DNA of 50,337 nucleotides from a virus: IMG/VR virus record IMGVR_UViG_3300045988_027632; one strand, 5' to 3'. Shown piece by piece: positions 17,344 to 25,414 of this stretch (position 1 is its first letter; each line of letters starts with the position of its first letter). The notes under the pieces were generated by a model. It saw only the letters and a program-made list of their open reading frames with translations, ran no database searches and was not told where the DNA came from. The position numbers and the translations under genes were made by a program.

Positions 17344-17708
17344 GCATACCCCTTGAAAGGTTCAAGCTGGATTTCTTGATGATTGGTGAAAACCCCGGCT
17401 TCACCACTTTTAGAATAGGTGAACTTTCGTTCAAGGTCGTTGAACCGTGTCACCACGATTTTACAACCAGCGGGAATTTCCACATCAGGGGACAAGAACA
17501 GCTTCACAGTTTGGGAAACTGCGGCCACGGGATCACCAGAACTTGAAGTTAAAGTTTCAAAAGACAGTTTACAGGGCTGATTTTGAAGAAGCGGCTTTTC
17601 TTCAAAATCAGTCAGCTTGGTTGTGGGATCTTTCACCTTTTCTTGGGTGTAGATCGTACAACGATCCTTCCACAACCGTTCAAGGGCCTTCCGCTGGGCG
17701 CTTACCAT
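17340..17708 (-). CDS. Head closure / head-tail adaptor protein
   Basis: 122 aa. Synteny only. Confidence 0.5.
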   Translation of the reverse strand: MVSAQRKALERLWKDRCTIYTQEKVKDPTTKLTDFEEKPLLQNQPCKLSFETLTSSSGDPVAAVSQTVKLFLSPDVEIPAGCKIVVTRFNDLERKFTYSKSGEAGVFTNHQEIQLEPFKGYA

Positions 17709-18082
17709 ACCAATTTCCTATACCGGTAGATTTCATCCATCCGGCCATTGGTCAGGAAGTTGATCAAGCTATCCAACCGCTGTTCCGGGGTGGAATTGCC
17801 ATCCCCAACGGCAAAAACCGTGTTGGTGTCCCCTTCCTGAATTTGTTTCACCGCCGCTTCAAGATCAAACCCTTCCAACTGCCCATTGGCCTTCTTCATG
17901 TTCAGGTATTCCCCAACCGCCATAGATACGGCCATACTTTCCAACCCTTCAGGAACTTCCTGAAGGTTGGTCAAATTTTTGATCCGCCATTGGACATTGG
18001 AAATCACCAAATCCAACAGCGGATCATCAGCGGCCCCCGTTACGCCAAGGGCCGTAAGCATTGCAATAACCTGTTCACGCAA
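17702..18082 (-). CDS. Head-tail connector (gp6-like)
   Basis: 126 aa, immediately after the capsid gene. Confidence 0.5.
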   Translation of the reverse strand: MREQVIAMLTALGVTGAADDPLLDLVISNVQWRIKNLTNLQEVPEGLESMAVSMAVGEYLNMKKANGQLEGFDLEAAVKQIQEGDTNTVFAVGDGNSTPEQRLDSLINFLTNGRMDEIYRYRKLVW

Positions 18083-18102
18083 CGGGGATCACCGCCATTC
18101 CA

Positions 18103-19284
18103 TCAGCCCAAAGACTGAATCCGGGCAATGGGAATCGCCTTGTGGTTGATATAGGTGCGCTGGGAAGCGGTGGTTTCGCCGCTATGAACCAGCGTCCAGT
18201 TCTGCCCGTTTTCCAACTCTGCATCAGTGGGGGACAGCTTGGCTTGGCTTTTCTTCTCATAGCTGATACCGAAGGGGCTGAACACCTTGCGCTGACGCAT
18301 ATACAGGGTATCAACACCGCCATTGGTCTTGGGGTCACGGGCCATTTCATAGGGAACCTTGGCCCCAATATCCTCATAGGAGATAGCGCCGTTGCCCATG
18401 ATGTAGGTGGTGTACTGGGTAGCGGGAACCACATACATATCAGCGGCAAGGGTGCGGGTGCCGAAATAGGGGGTGGCGCTTGCAAGGTTAATCGTGGTGG
18501 TATTATCACCACCAGAAGCAACGATCTTCAGAGCACCGGGGGTGTCGGCGGTTGCATCAGCATAGCCGGTGGTGGCGGGAAGATCATCGTCAACGATCAC
18601 GGTGCGGCCATTCCAAGTGGCAAGGGTCAAATCCTTCTGAATGCCGTCCCCATCAGTCTGCTTCATGAACTCCAACAGCTTCATGTTTTCAAGGTTGGTG
18701 GCAACATCGGAGTGCATGAAGGCAAGGGTGAACTTCTGCTTGTTGGCTCCGCAAGCCTTGTTCACGGCGGAATTCAGGGTAGTTGCGTCCATGTTGCCGT
18801 AAATGGTGGTGCTGTGCTTCTCCACGAATTCCTTGTTCTTGGTGTCGCTGGTGGGCATAGCAAAAACACCCTTCAGCATGGACAGAATGGTTTTCTGATC
18901 CAAGGTGTCCTTATACTCGGCAACTTGGGCGGAAACATTACCCATGAAATCAACCCCACCGGTAATGTCATAGCTGAAATCCTTTTCAGTCCACGCCTTG
19001 GCTCGGCCAATTACCACCATGCCCTGCTCAAAGGTCTTGGTGGAAGTGGCGGTAATGTCGGTTTCACCGTCATAGTTCACCGCATCACCATCCAACAGGC
19101 CACGCATGGCAAGACGGGCATAAGCGGTGCCATTCTGACTGGTAAACACCGCCCGAATATCGGGGTTCCCGGCCAGCGCGCGAGATTTCTTCAAAGCGTT
19201 CAAGGTCAGGTTGGGAATGCGGCCAACCATATACTTGAAGGCTTCAGGGTTGAAAGACTTTGCATCAAACTTGCTGTTAGCCAT
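18103..19284 (-). CDS. Major capsid protein
   Basis: 393 aa. Follows the scaffold gene; size and position fit. Confidence 0.8.
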   Translation of the reverse strand: MANSKFDAKSFNPEAFKYMVGRIPNLTLNALKKSRALAGNPDIRAVFTSQNGTAYARLAMRGLLDGDAVNYDGETDITATSTKTFEQGMVVIGRAKAWTEKDFSYDITGGVDFMGNVSAQVAEYKDTLDQKTILSMLKGVFAMPTSDTKNKEFVEKHSTTIYGNMDATTLNSAVNKACGANKQKFTLAFMHSDVATNLENMKLLEFMKQTDGDGIQKDLTLATWNGRTVIVDDDLPATTGYADATADTPGALKIVASGGDNTTTINLASATPYFGTRTLAADMYVVPATQYTTYIMGNGAISYEDIGAKVPYEMARDPKTNGGVDTLYMRQRKVFSPFGISYEKKSQAKLSPTDAELENGQNWTLVHSGETTASQRTYINHKAIPIARIQSLG

Positions 19285-19322
19285 CGTTCAAACTTCCTTT
19301 CTTTGTGTAGATCAAGGGTCGG

Positions 19323-19928
19323 TTATTCCAAAGTTGTGTCCGGGTTATCTTCCAGATACTTGCAAAGTTCGTCATAGGACATTTTGGAAAGATCATCCCC
19401 GGTCGGCTGGTTGTGGGTATCACTCTTTTCAGCGGCCTTGGCCCCCTTGAATTTAGCCTTGCCGGTGCTGTCAAAAAGAAAAGCGGTGTCCTCACCCTTT
19501 ACCAGCTTTCCAATTTCATCATCCAACCCTTTCACGGTGCCATCATCAGCCAATTCCGCTTTGGTCAGGAAATCGGCCAACAGCGCCTTCACAGCCACAT
19601 TGTTTTTGGCCTTGGCATTGGTCAAAGCCATATCAACAGCATTGGTGATCTTCAGGGCCTTGATTTCATTGGCGTGGTCTTTGTCCTTCTGCTTGTTGGC
19701 TTCCTGAAGGGCGGTGATCTGGTTCTGAAGTTCCGTGTTATCACCAGCGGATTTCTTCAGAGTTTCAATCTGCCCATCCCGTTCAGAAACTTGGGCCTTC
19801 AGGGTCTTGTTTTCCTCGTTCACTTCATTGAAGCGGGCCTTGGTCACAAAAGAACCGTTCAGCCCTTCCATAACCTTGTTGGCCTGTTCCTCGGTCAAGC
19901 CCCATTCCATCAGCTTTTCTTTCGTCAT
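19323..19928 (-). CDS. Capsid scaffolding protein
   Basis: 201 aa. Highly charged coiled-coil sequence (..KTLKAQVSERDGQIETLKKSAGDNTELQNQITALQEANKQKDKDH..). Lies upstream of the capsid gene. Confidence 0.75.
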   Translation of the reverse strand: MTKEKLMEWGLTEEQANKVMEGLNGSFVTKARFNEVNEENKTLKAQVSERDGQIETLKKSAGDNTELQNQITALQEANKQKDKDHANEIKALKITNAVDMALTNAKAKNNVAVKALLADFLTKAELADDGTVKGLDDEIGKLVKGEDTAFLFDSTGKAKFKGAKAAEKSDTHNQPTGDDLSKMSYDELCKYLEDNPDTTLE

Positions 19929-20031
19929 AGTGTGATACCTCCATAAAATCCTTTTTTACCGTGGGTCAGGAACCACGATTTCCCCCGGTTCTGTTTACCG
20001 CCCACCACCGGGGAAACGGCGAAAGGGTATG

Positions 20032-20064
20032 AAAAAACCACCCACCGGCCAAAGCCGGGGGTGG
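20032..20064 (-). terminator. Rho-independent terminator after the MuF gene and small ORF
   Basis: 10-bp stem with one bulged base (ccacc(c)accgg / ccgggggtgg) and a 6-nt loop, then TTTTTT on the - strand. Confidence 0.65.
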
Positions 20065-20065
20065 C

Positions 20066-20218
20066 TCATTCAACAATATTGTTTTGTTGGTTTTCTTTCA
20101 GGCGCTTCATATAGGCTTCAAATTCTTCCACCACTTCAGGGGGTGCGCCTTCCTTCAGGTGCCAATTATCAACTTCCGGCACAAACCATTCACTTGTGAA
20201 AAAATCAGGCATCGGCAT
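20066..20218 (-). CDS. Small acidic ORF (50 aa) overlapping the MuF stop; candidate partner/immunity protein
   Basis: Reads MPMPDFFTSEWFVPEVDNWHLKEGAPPEVVEEFEAYMKRLKENQQNNIVE*. The ATG overlaps the last MuF codons, and the terminator follows at once. It is below the 60-aa cutoff of the ORF track. Confidence 0.4.
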   Translation of the reverse strand: MPMPDFFTSEWFVPEVDNWHLKEGAPPEVVEEFEAYMKRLKENQQNNIVE

Positions 20219-21974
20219 TGGTATTCATCCCCTTCATCAATTCCAAAAGCTGTTTACCAAATTCTTCAGCAACCGGACGGGGGCTTTCGCTATCCATCCA
20301 TTCACAGAAGCATTCAGCAAACCATTCTTGAGCATCTTGGGTGGCGTAACCGCTCACCGCCGTTTTGGTGTCGGAAACCTTCAACCCACAAGCCTTCATA
20401 ACTTTGGGGCGAAGATAAGCGGAAACCTTCTTGGGCCGCCATCCATTCAATCCGGCCAACTGCTGGATCACAGAAAGGTAATCATCCACAGCATGGCCCA
20501 ATTCATGGGTGACAATGGAACCGAAGGTGGTTCCTGCTGGGTGGAATCCATGTTCCAAGTCCCTTGCGTAAAGTTTGGTCAACCGCTCCACATCGGAAAA
20601 ATAAGAAGTGTTCACGGAAATTCCACCACGGCCCAACCCATAAGAACATTGGGCATAGGTGCCAGCTTGCAATTTCATAGCATTGATAGAATTCAGTTGG
20701 CCCCGCAATTCAGGAAGGCGGTTGAACACATTTTCATGGGCTTTGAAAATGGCCTTGGCGGTTTCAAGATCACAGCCTTGCAAAGAAAGAAGCTGATTTC
20801 CGTCAAAAGGTTTCCCATTGGGAAGGGTAGTTTGATAAAACCACCCTTGTTCCTTCATCAAGGCTTCCACTTCATCAACAGTGGTGCAATCGTCCACGGT
20901 TTTCTTCATTATAGCGCCTGCGGTGGCAACCGTCAAACCATCCTTCACGCCATCCACAAAAGCCTTCTTCCATTGGCTGAAGGTCATGTTGGCCGGGACA
21001 TAGTACACTTTCCCATCAGCGGTGCGGGCGGCTCTTTCACCGTCCATATCGTCATAATGGGGGCAAGTGGTTCCCCGGCAATTCGGGTGGAAGGGCGGAA
21101 CTGTCACCCCTGGTTCATATTGGGAAAGGAGGATCACTGTCCCATCAAGGGGTTGACAAATCGGACAGGTATGAGAATCCAGCGTTTCCACAATTTCAAT
21201 CTGATCCACTCCCAAATCTCTATACATTTGAGTTTTGGAAACGGCGTTGAAATAGCTGGTTTCTGTATGTACCAGCCGCCTTGCTTTATAGCGGGAAGTT
21301 CCAAACTGCTTTTGAATCGCCGTGATAATTTTAGCCGGTGGATCACCCCGCAACATTCCCTGAATCAGTTCTTTGTTTACAGTGTCCACCAATTCATCTT
21401 TGTTCACCCAACAGCGATCCCGAAAAGTGCGCCCATCAGTTGTCCAAGGTTTTGAAAGCAAGGTTTCAAGTTTCTTTTGGTTCAGGGCGGTGAAGTCCCA
21501 CCCAAGGCCAATGCCCTTCTGAATCTCGAAGGCTCCACGGGTGTACCCATTGGAAACCACATCCTTCAGAAGATCATCAATCCCATCCACCTGATTTCCA
21601 AACAGAAGTTCCATTTCCTGTTGAATTTGCAGTTGGATTGCTTCAAGGCGGCTGATATGATAGCGGGTTGAAGCATTTTCCAGTTTCTTGATCCACTCCG
21701 GGGAAAGGTCTGCCCTTTGCGCCGCCTTCACATACTGATCCACCGTCCATTTGAATTCTTCAAGCTGTCCGGTAGTCAGCATCTTCCGGGCTTCTGCCAA
21801 GGTCACATTGTTGTTGGTGGCGAAACGCTGATACCAGCTTTCAATATCCCGTTGAACACTTTGTTCAGCGCCCCGGTAAATATCTTCAAGGGTCTGAAGG
21901 TATTCATCCGCTTGTTTGTGGGCCGAATTTTCAAGAATGGCAAACCGGCCCCGCCAATAGTCAGCATTCTTCAC
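20205..21974 (-). CDS. MuF / SPP1 gp7-type head morphogenesis protein fused to an anthrax-lethal-factor-like (ATLF) zinc metalloprotease domain
   Basis: gp7/MuF hallmark ..FHPNCRGTTCP... C-terminus has THELGHAVDDY (20493-20507 encodes HELGH) plus ..DAQEWFAECF, which parallels HEFGHAVDDY...EAEFFAEAF of anthrax LF. I use GTG 21974 (RBS gaagggag) as the start because ATG 22028 overlaps tRNA-Gln. Confidence 0.8.
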   Translation of the reverse strand: MKNADYWRGRFAILENSAHKQADEYLQTLEDIYRGAEQSVQRDIESWYQRFATNNNVTLAEARKMLTTGQLEEFKWTVDQYVKAAQRADLSPEWIKKLENASTRYHISRLEAIQLQIQQEMELLFGNQVDGIDDLLKDVVSNGYTRGAFEIQKGIGLGWDFTALNQKKLETLLSKPWTTDGRTFRDRCWVNKDELVDTVNKELIQGMLRGDPPAKIITAIQKQFGTSRYKARRLVHTETSYFNAVSKTQMYRDLGVDQIEIVETLDSHTCPICQPLDGTVILLSQYEPGVTVPPFHPNCRGTTCPHYDDMDGERAARTADGKVYYVPANMTFSQWKKAFVDGVKDGLTVATAGAIMKKTVDDCTTVDEVEALMKEQGWFYQTTLPNGKPFDGNQLLSLQGCDLETAKAIFKAHENVFNRLPELRGQLNSINAMKLQAGTYAQCSYGLGRGGISVNTSYFSDVERLTKLYARDLEHGFHPAGTTFGSIVTHELGHAVDDYLSVIQQLAGLNGWRPKKVSAYLRPKVMKACGLKVSDTKTAVSGYATQDAQEWFAECFCEWMDSESPRPVAEEFGKQLLELMKGMNTNADA

Positions 21975-21996
21975 GGGGTCACGCTCCCTTCTTGAT

Positions 21997-22071
21997 TGGC
22001 TGGGGTAGTTGGGATCGAACCAACGCATCAGGGGGTCAAAGCCCCTTGCCTTACCTCTTGGCTATACCCCA
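21997..22071 (-). tRNA. tRNA-Gln (anticodon UUG), CCA encoded
   Basis: Folds by hand into a cloverleaf. Acceptor TGGGGTA/TACCCCA (U1-A72, G73), anticodon loop CTTTGAC, T arm GTTGG-TTCGATC-CCAAC. Confidence 0.85.
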
Positions 22072-22075
22072 ATAT

Positions 22076-22159
22076 TGGTGCCGAGTATGGGATTTGAACC
22101 CATACGCCAAAGGCGGCGGATTTTGAATCCGCTGTGTCTGCCTGTTCCACCAACCCGGC
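22076..22159 (-). tRNA. tRNA-Leu (anticodon CAA), type II with long variable arm, CCA encoded
   Basis: Acceptor GCCGGGT/ACTCGGC, anticodon stem-loop GCGGA-TTCAAAA-TCCGC, variable arm CGCC-TTT-GGCG, T arm ATGGG-TTCAAAT-CCCAT. Confidence 0.85.
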
Positions 22160-22162
22160 AAA

Positions 22163-22238
22163 TGGTGACGCATGGGGGAATCGAACCCACCGATCCCGGA
22201 TTGAAAGTCCGGTGGCTTAACCTCTTGCCGAATGCGCC
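22163..22238 (-). tRNA. tRNA-Glu (anticodon UUC), CCA encoded
   Basis: Acceptor GGCGCAT/ATGCGTC (one G-U pair), anticodon stem-loop CCGGA-CTTTCAA-TCCGG, T loop TTCGATT. One T-C mismatch in the T stem. Confidence 0.75.
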
Positions 22239-22335
22239 ATATAAAGTGCCGGGGAAAGGAATTGCACCTTTGACCGGGTAAGGAGGTGAACCCCGGCCCC
22301 GCCCCATTATTGCCCCGGCATAGGAAAGGCGGGGA

Positions 22336-23829
22336 TCATCCGTCCCCGCCTTCATCACCATCAGGATTGTTGTTTTGACCATTCCCAAAAGCACCGGCGT
22401 ATTCCTGCGCTTGGTTCATGGCTTCTTCCTTTTCCTTCTGAAGCCGCTCCAACTCCAATTCCACATCAGTTGTCCAAGGGTGCTGGGCAACAATGGTTTC
22501 ATTGGACAGAATGCCAACAGACTTGGAACAGTTTTCAATGGCTTCACTTTCATTGATCAGCATATCCCGGTTGAAAACAATGGTGACTTCTTCACCGTCA
22601 TAATCGCCCCGGCCAGTGTTGGCGAAATCCTGATTGATGAACCAAATCAGATCATCGAAAGCCGCTTGAAACTCGGTTTCCATCCCGTTTGCGTCAAGGT
22701 CAATGTCAGAATACATGGATTGAATGTTCATTTGGTTGGGGTTGTTCCCCATCCGATCATCCTTGGCATTGTAACCACGGGCATTTTCAATCAATTTATC
22801 CTTGAACAGTTTCAGAATAGAATTGAAGTTTTCAGAATTGATTTCAACGGTCAGGGTTTCAACCCCGCCATCATCCCGAACTTTGACGGCTCCATAAGTG
22901 GCAAGGTTGCGCCGGAACTCCCCAAGATTTTCACCATCATAATTCTTCAGAATCAGAATGGTGTTTCTTGCGTCCTCTTGCATATTGTTTTCAAAGTCGG
23001 AAAGCATGGTGTTAATGCCATCCTGAAGGGTTTTCACCCGGCGAATCAGGGGAATTTCTTGCTTGTTGTACTTGAACGGGATCAGGGGAATCCGCTCCCA
23101 ATTCAATTCAACAGTTTCTTCCCCATCATCAATACTGAAATAGTTTTCATGCTCCCCCAACTGTTCATCAGGGGTCAAGGTGGTTCCATCATACACATAA
23201 CGCCAAATGCCGTCATGTTTGAAAATTTCCACCCGCTCCACAATTTCCTTGGTGAACCCGTTCCAAACCTCTTGGGGATAAAGCCGGATTGCACAATCAA
23301 GAATTGTGTGATCATCGTCAGCCCAAAACGGAAGAATTTCTTGGGCGGGAAAATGCTTGAAGGCAAGCTGTCCATTATCCCCATAATAGGGGAACAACCA
23401 GCCAATCCCGCCTTTCAGGGCATCTTCACAGACATACTTCAGAAGCCGGTTGAACCGCTTATCAAAAACCTTGGTCAATAAATCGGCATAGGTTTTATTC
23501 TTACAGGTCACGGTGAAGGGCTTGCCCACAAGGTAGTTGGTTTTCTGATCCACCATCAAAGCAAACTGATTATCAACCAATTTGTTGTTGGGAAGATTAT
23601 CAACTTCCTGAAGTTTGCCATCCTCACCAATGATAGTGCGCTTTCTCTGAAGAATGTCATGAAAGCCTTCATAGTAGGCATCACCAGTGATTTGCTCTTT
23701 CCGTTTTTGGCTCCGCTTCCATTCATCAATTTCAGCGGCGAAAAACTGAAGTTCAGTCATACCGCTATATCCACCCATCACAATCAGGCGATTGATCCGG
23801 GCCATTTCAGTTTCAACAAGCATGGGCAT
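22336..23829 (-). CDS. Portal protein (SPP1 gp6-like)
   Basis: About 497 aa. Downstream of terminase, acidic C-terminus. ATG 23829 has RBS ggaaggtga with a 6-nt spacer; the ORF track starts at TTG 23835. Confidence 0.85.
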   Translation of the reverse strand: MPMLVETEMARINRLIVMGGYSGMTELQFFAAEIDEWKRSQKRKEQITGDAYYEGFHDILQRKRTIIGEDGKLQEVDNLPNNKLVDNQFALMVDQKTNYLVGKPFTVTCKNKTYADLLTKVFDKRFNRLLKYVCEDALKGGIGWLFPYYGDNGQLAFKHFPAQEILPFWADDDHTILDCAIRLYPQEVWNGFTKEIVERVEIFKHDGIWRYVYDGTTLTPDEQLGEHENYFSIDDGEETVELNWERIPLIPFKYNKQEIPLIRRVKTLQDGINTMLSDFENNMQEDARNTILILKNYDGENLGEFRRNLATYGAVKVRDDGGVETLTVEINSENFNSILKLFKDKLIENARGYNAKDDRMGNNPNQMNIQSMYSDIDLDANGMETEFQAAFDDLIWFINQDFANTGRGDYDGEEVTIVFNRDMLINESEAIENCSKSVGILSNETIVAQHPWTTDVELELERLQKEKEEAMNQAQEYAGAFGNGQNNNPDGDEGGDG

Positions 23830-23835
23830 ATTCAA

Positions 23836-24000
23836 TCACCTTCCTTTTGTGGGGGGGGCTTGGAATCCAATGGGCCGCTGTTTGGTCTTTTCCAAGGTCA
23901 GCGTTTGATTTGAAAGTTCCACTTCAATCTTCAAAGATTGATAAGGAAGCCGCTCCGCCCATTGTTCAATCTTGTTCAGAATATATTGCTGTTCAAACAT
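23836..24000 (-). CDS. Small hypothetical protein between terminase and portal
   Basis: 54 aa from ATG 24000 (RBS aaaggaa). The longer track ORF (to 24129) overlaps TerL and a terminator. Confidence 0.45.
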   Translation of the reverse strand: MFEQQYILNKIEQWAERLPYQSLKIEVELSNQTLTLEKTKQRPIGFQAPPTKGR

Positions 24001-24036
24001 GGACGGTTCCTTTCTTATTACCCAATAAAGACGAAA

Positions 24037-24061
24037 CCCCGAAAACGCTGTGTTTTCAGGG
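24037..24061 (-). terminator. Terminator-like hairpin after terL
   Basis: 10-bp stem ccctgaaaac/gttttcgggg (one G-U pair) with a 5-nt loop, then TTTCGTCTTTATT on the - strand. Confidence 0.45.
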
Positions 24062-24082
24062 TGATTTGTTACTATTGTGTTA

Positions 24083-25414
24083 TTACTCGAAGCTGAAGGC
24101 AGGGCCAACCAGCATATCTTCCAGCGCATAACGCATAGCGTCCATCAGGTGGTTGAAATCATCAATGGGCCGGTTGATCTTGGCCCCGAATTTATCTTCA
24201 TCCCATGTGTAATTGCTGATCTCGGTCAGGAAGTTCACACAGCGGGGGTGAATGATGATTTTATAATCCTGAATGTACTGAATGCCATTGTTTACACTGT
24301 CCTTGCCCTTTCGGGCGGCTCTGATACGGGGAAGGCCAGCTTCCCGCAATTCGTCAATGCTCTTGGGTTCCGCACAATCGGCCTTGATCCGCTCTTTGGC
24401 ATAGCCCATCACCGTTACCCGGTCACTGATTGCCCGGTTGGTCAGGGCCTTTTCATACAGTTCATCAAAAACCCAAATGGTTTTTTCTTCTTTGCTCACC
24501 AGCCCACAGAACAGGGCCGTGGGGTCATTGGTATAGCCGAAGTCAAGCCCAAAGGCCGATTTTACACCCTTCCGGGCGCTGATTTCAGCCGGATTGAAGG
24601 TTTCTTCTGTCCAGTTCTCATAAATCAGCCCATCCACAATGCCCCAACCACCCAAACCGGCCACTTTATAGCGCCGGGGGTTGTTCTGCTTCATGGTTTC
24701 AAAAACCTTCAGATCGGCTTCATCCAGCCATTCATTGCACAGATAATTGGTGGTTGTGGCGTAAATCTGCCCATCCGGGCTGATCCAGCTATCATGGAAG
24801 CGATATGTGGGGTTCCCTTGACCGTCCTTGCCGGTGATCTCCCCGAAGAACCGCTTCCTGATCCAGTGCTTTTCATTCCACGGGTTGAAGGTCAGGGTGA
24901 TTTGCTTGAACAGGCCGGTTTCTTCCGGGATAGCGCCACGAATGCTTTCATCCAGCATATTGAAATCATCTTCATTGGTGATTTCATAGGCTTCTTCAAT
25001 CCAGCACCAACACAAATACCCAATTTCAACCGTGATAGAAGTTACCTTCAAGGGATCATCAAGGCCCCGAAAATAGATCTTCTGACCGGTTGGAATATAG
25101 GTCATTTCAAGGGGGCTTTCTTTGACTTCCCAATAAGCCTGAACCCCAAGCCGGTTGATTGCCCACTTCAATTCCGTGAAACAGCTATCCTTCAAGGTTC
25201 TGAACACTTTACGAACCACAAGGGTATTGGCTTCCGGGTATTGCATCATCCGTTTGATGATATTCAGGGCCGTGGTTTTGGATTTCTTGCTTGCTCGGCT
25301 CCCTTTGCAAACCCGGTAACGGCCTTTGAAGTTCCAGAAAGTGGCGTAGCCTTTGCCAACCACTTCAGGAAGGCGGATCACCTTTGCCTTGGGGCTAATC
25401 TTCAAGCTGATCAT
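24083..25414 (-). CDS. terL: Terminase large subunit (PBSX-type)
   Basis: 443 aa. Walker-A-like CKGSRASKKSKT, followed by a nuclease half. Directly follows TerS with a 20-nt overlap. Confidence 0.9.
   Translation of the reverse strand: MISLKISPKAKVIRLPEVVGKGYATFWNFKGRYRVCKGSRASKKSKTTALNIIKRMMQYPEANTLVVRKVFRTLKDSCFTELKWAINRLGVQAYWEVKESPLEMTYIPTGQKIYFRGLDDPLKVTSITVEIGYLCWCWIEEAYEITNEDDFNMLDESIRGAIPEETGLFKQITLTFNPWNEKHWIRKRFFGEITGKDGQGNPTYRFHDSWISPDGQIYATTTNYLCNEWLDEADLKVFETMKQNNPRRYKVAGLGGWGIVDGLIYENWTEETFNPAEISARKGVKSAFGLDFGYTNDPTALFCGLVSKEEKTIWVFDELYEKALTNRAISDRVTVMGYAKERIKADCAEPKSIDELREAGLPRIRAARKGKDSVNNGIQYIQDYKIIIHPRCVNFLTEISNYTWDEDKFGAKINRPIDDFNHLMDAMRYALEDMLVGPAFSFE

Noticed and set aside
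21975-22028. ATG 22028 as the MuF start, plus ORFs 22009..22281 (+) and 22062..22394 (-)
   Set aside because: All of these overlap the tRNA genes. GTG 21974, with a GAAGGGAG RBS, gives a MuF start that clears tRNA-Gln.
22247-22319. A possible fourth tRNA gene upstream of tRNA-Glu
   Set aside because: Acceptor-like and T-arm-like helices exist and the length is 73 nt. However, no D arm can be drawn, the anticodon position has a 13-nt loop and no CCA is encoded. I do not call it a tRNA; it is kept only as a tRNA-like curiosity in the findings.
22328-22350. Hairpin ggcgggga-tcatccg-tccccgcc at the portal stop codon as a terminator
   Set aside because: The stem lies largely within portal coding sequence and is followed only by TTTCC. 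That is too weak a T-run to call a terminator with confidence, although it may still affect tRNA-transcript processing.
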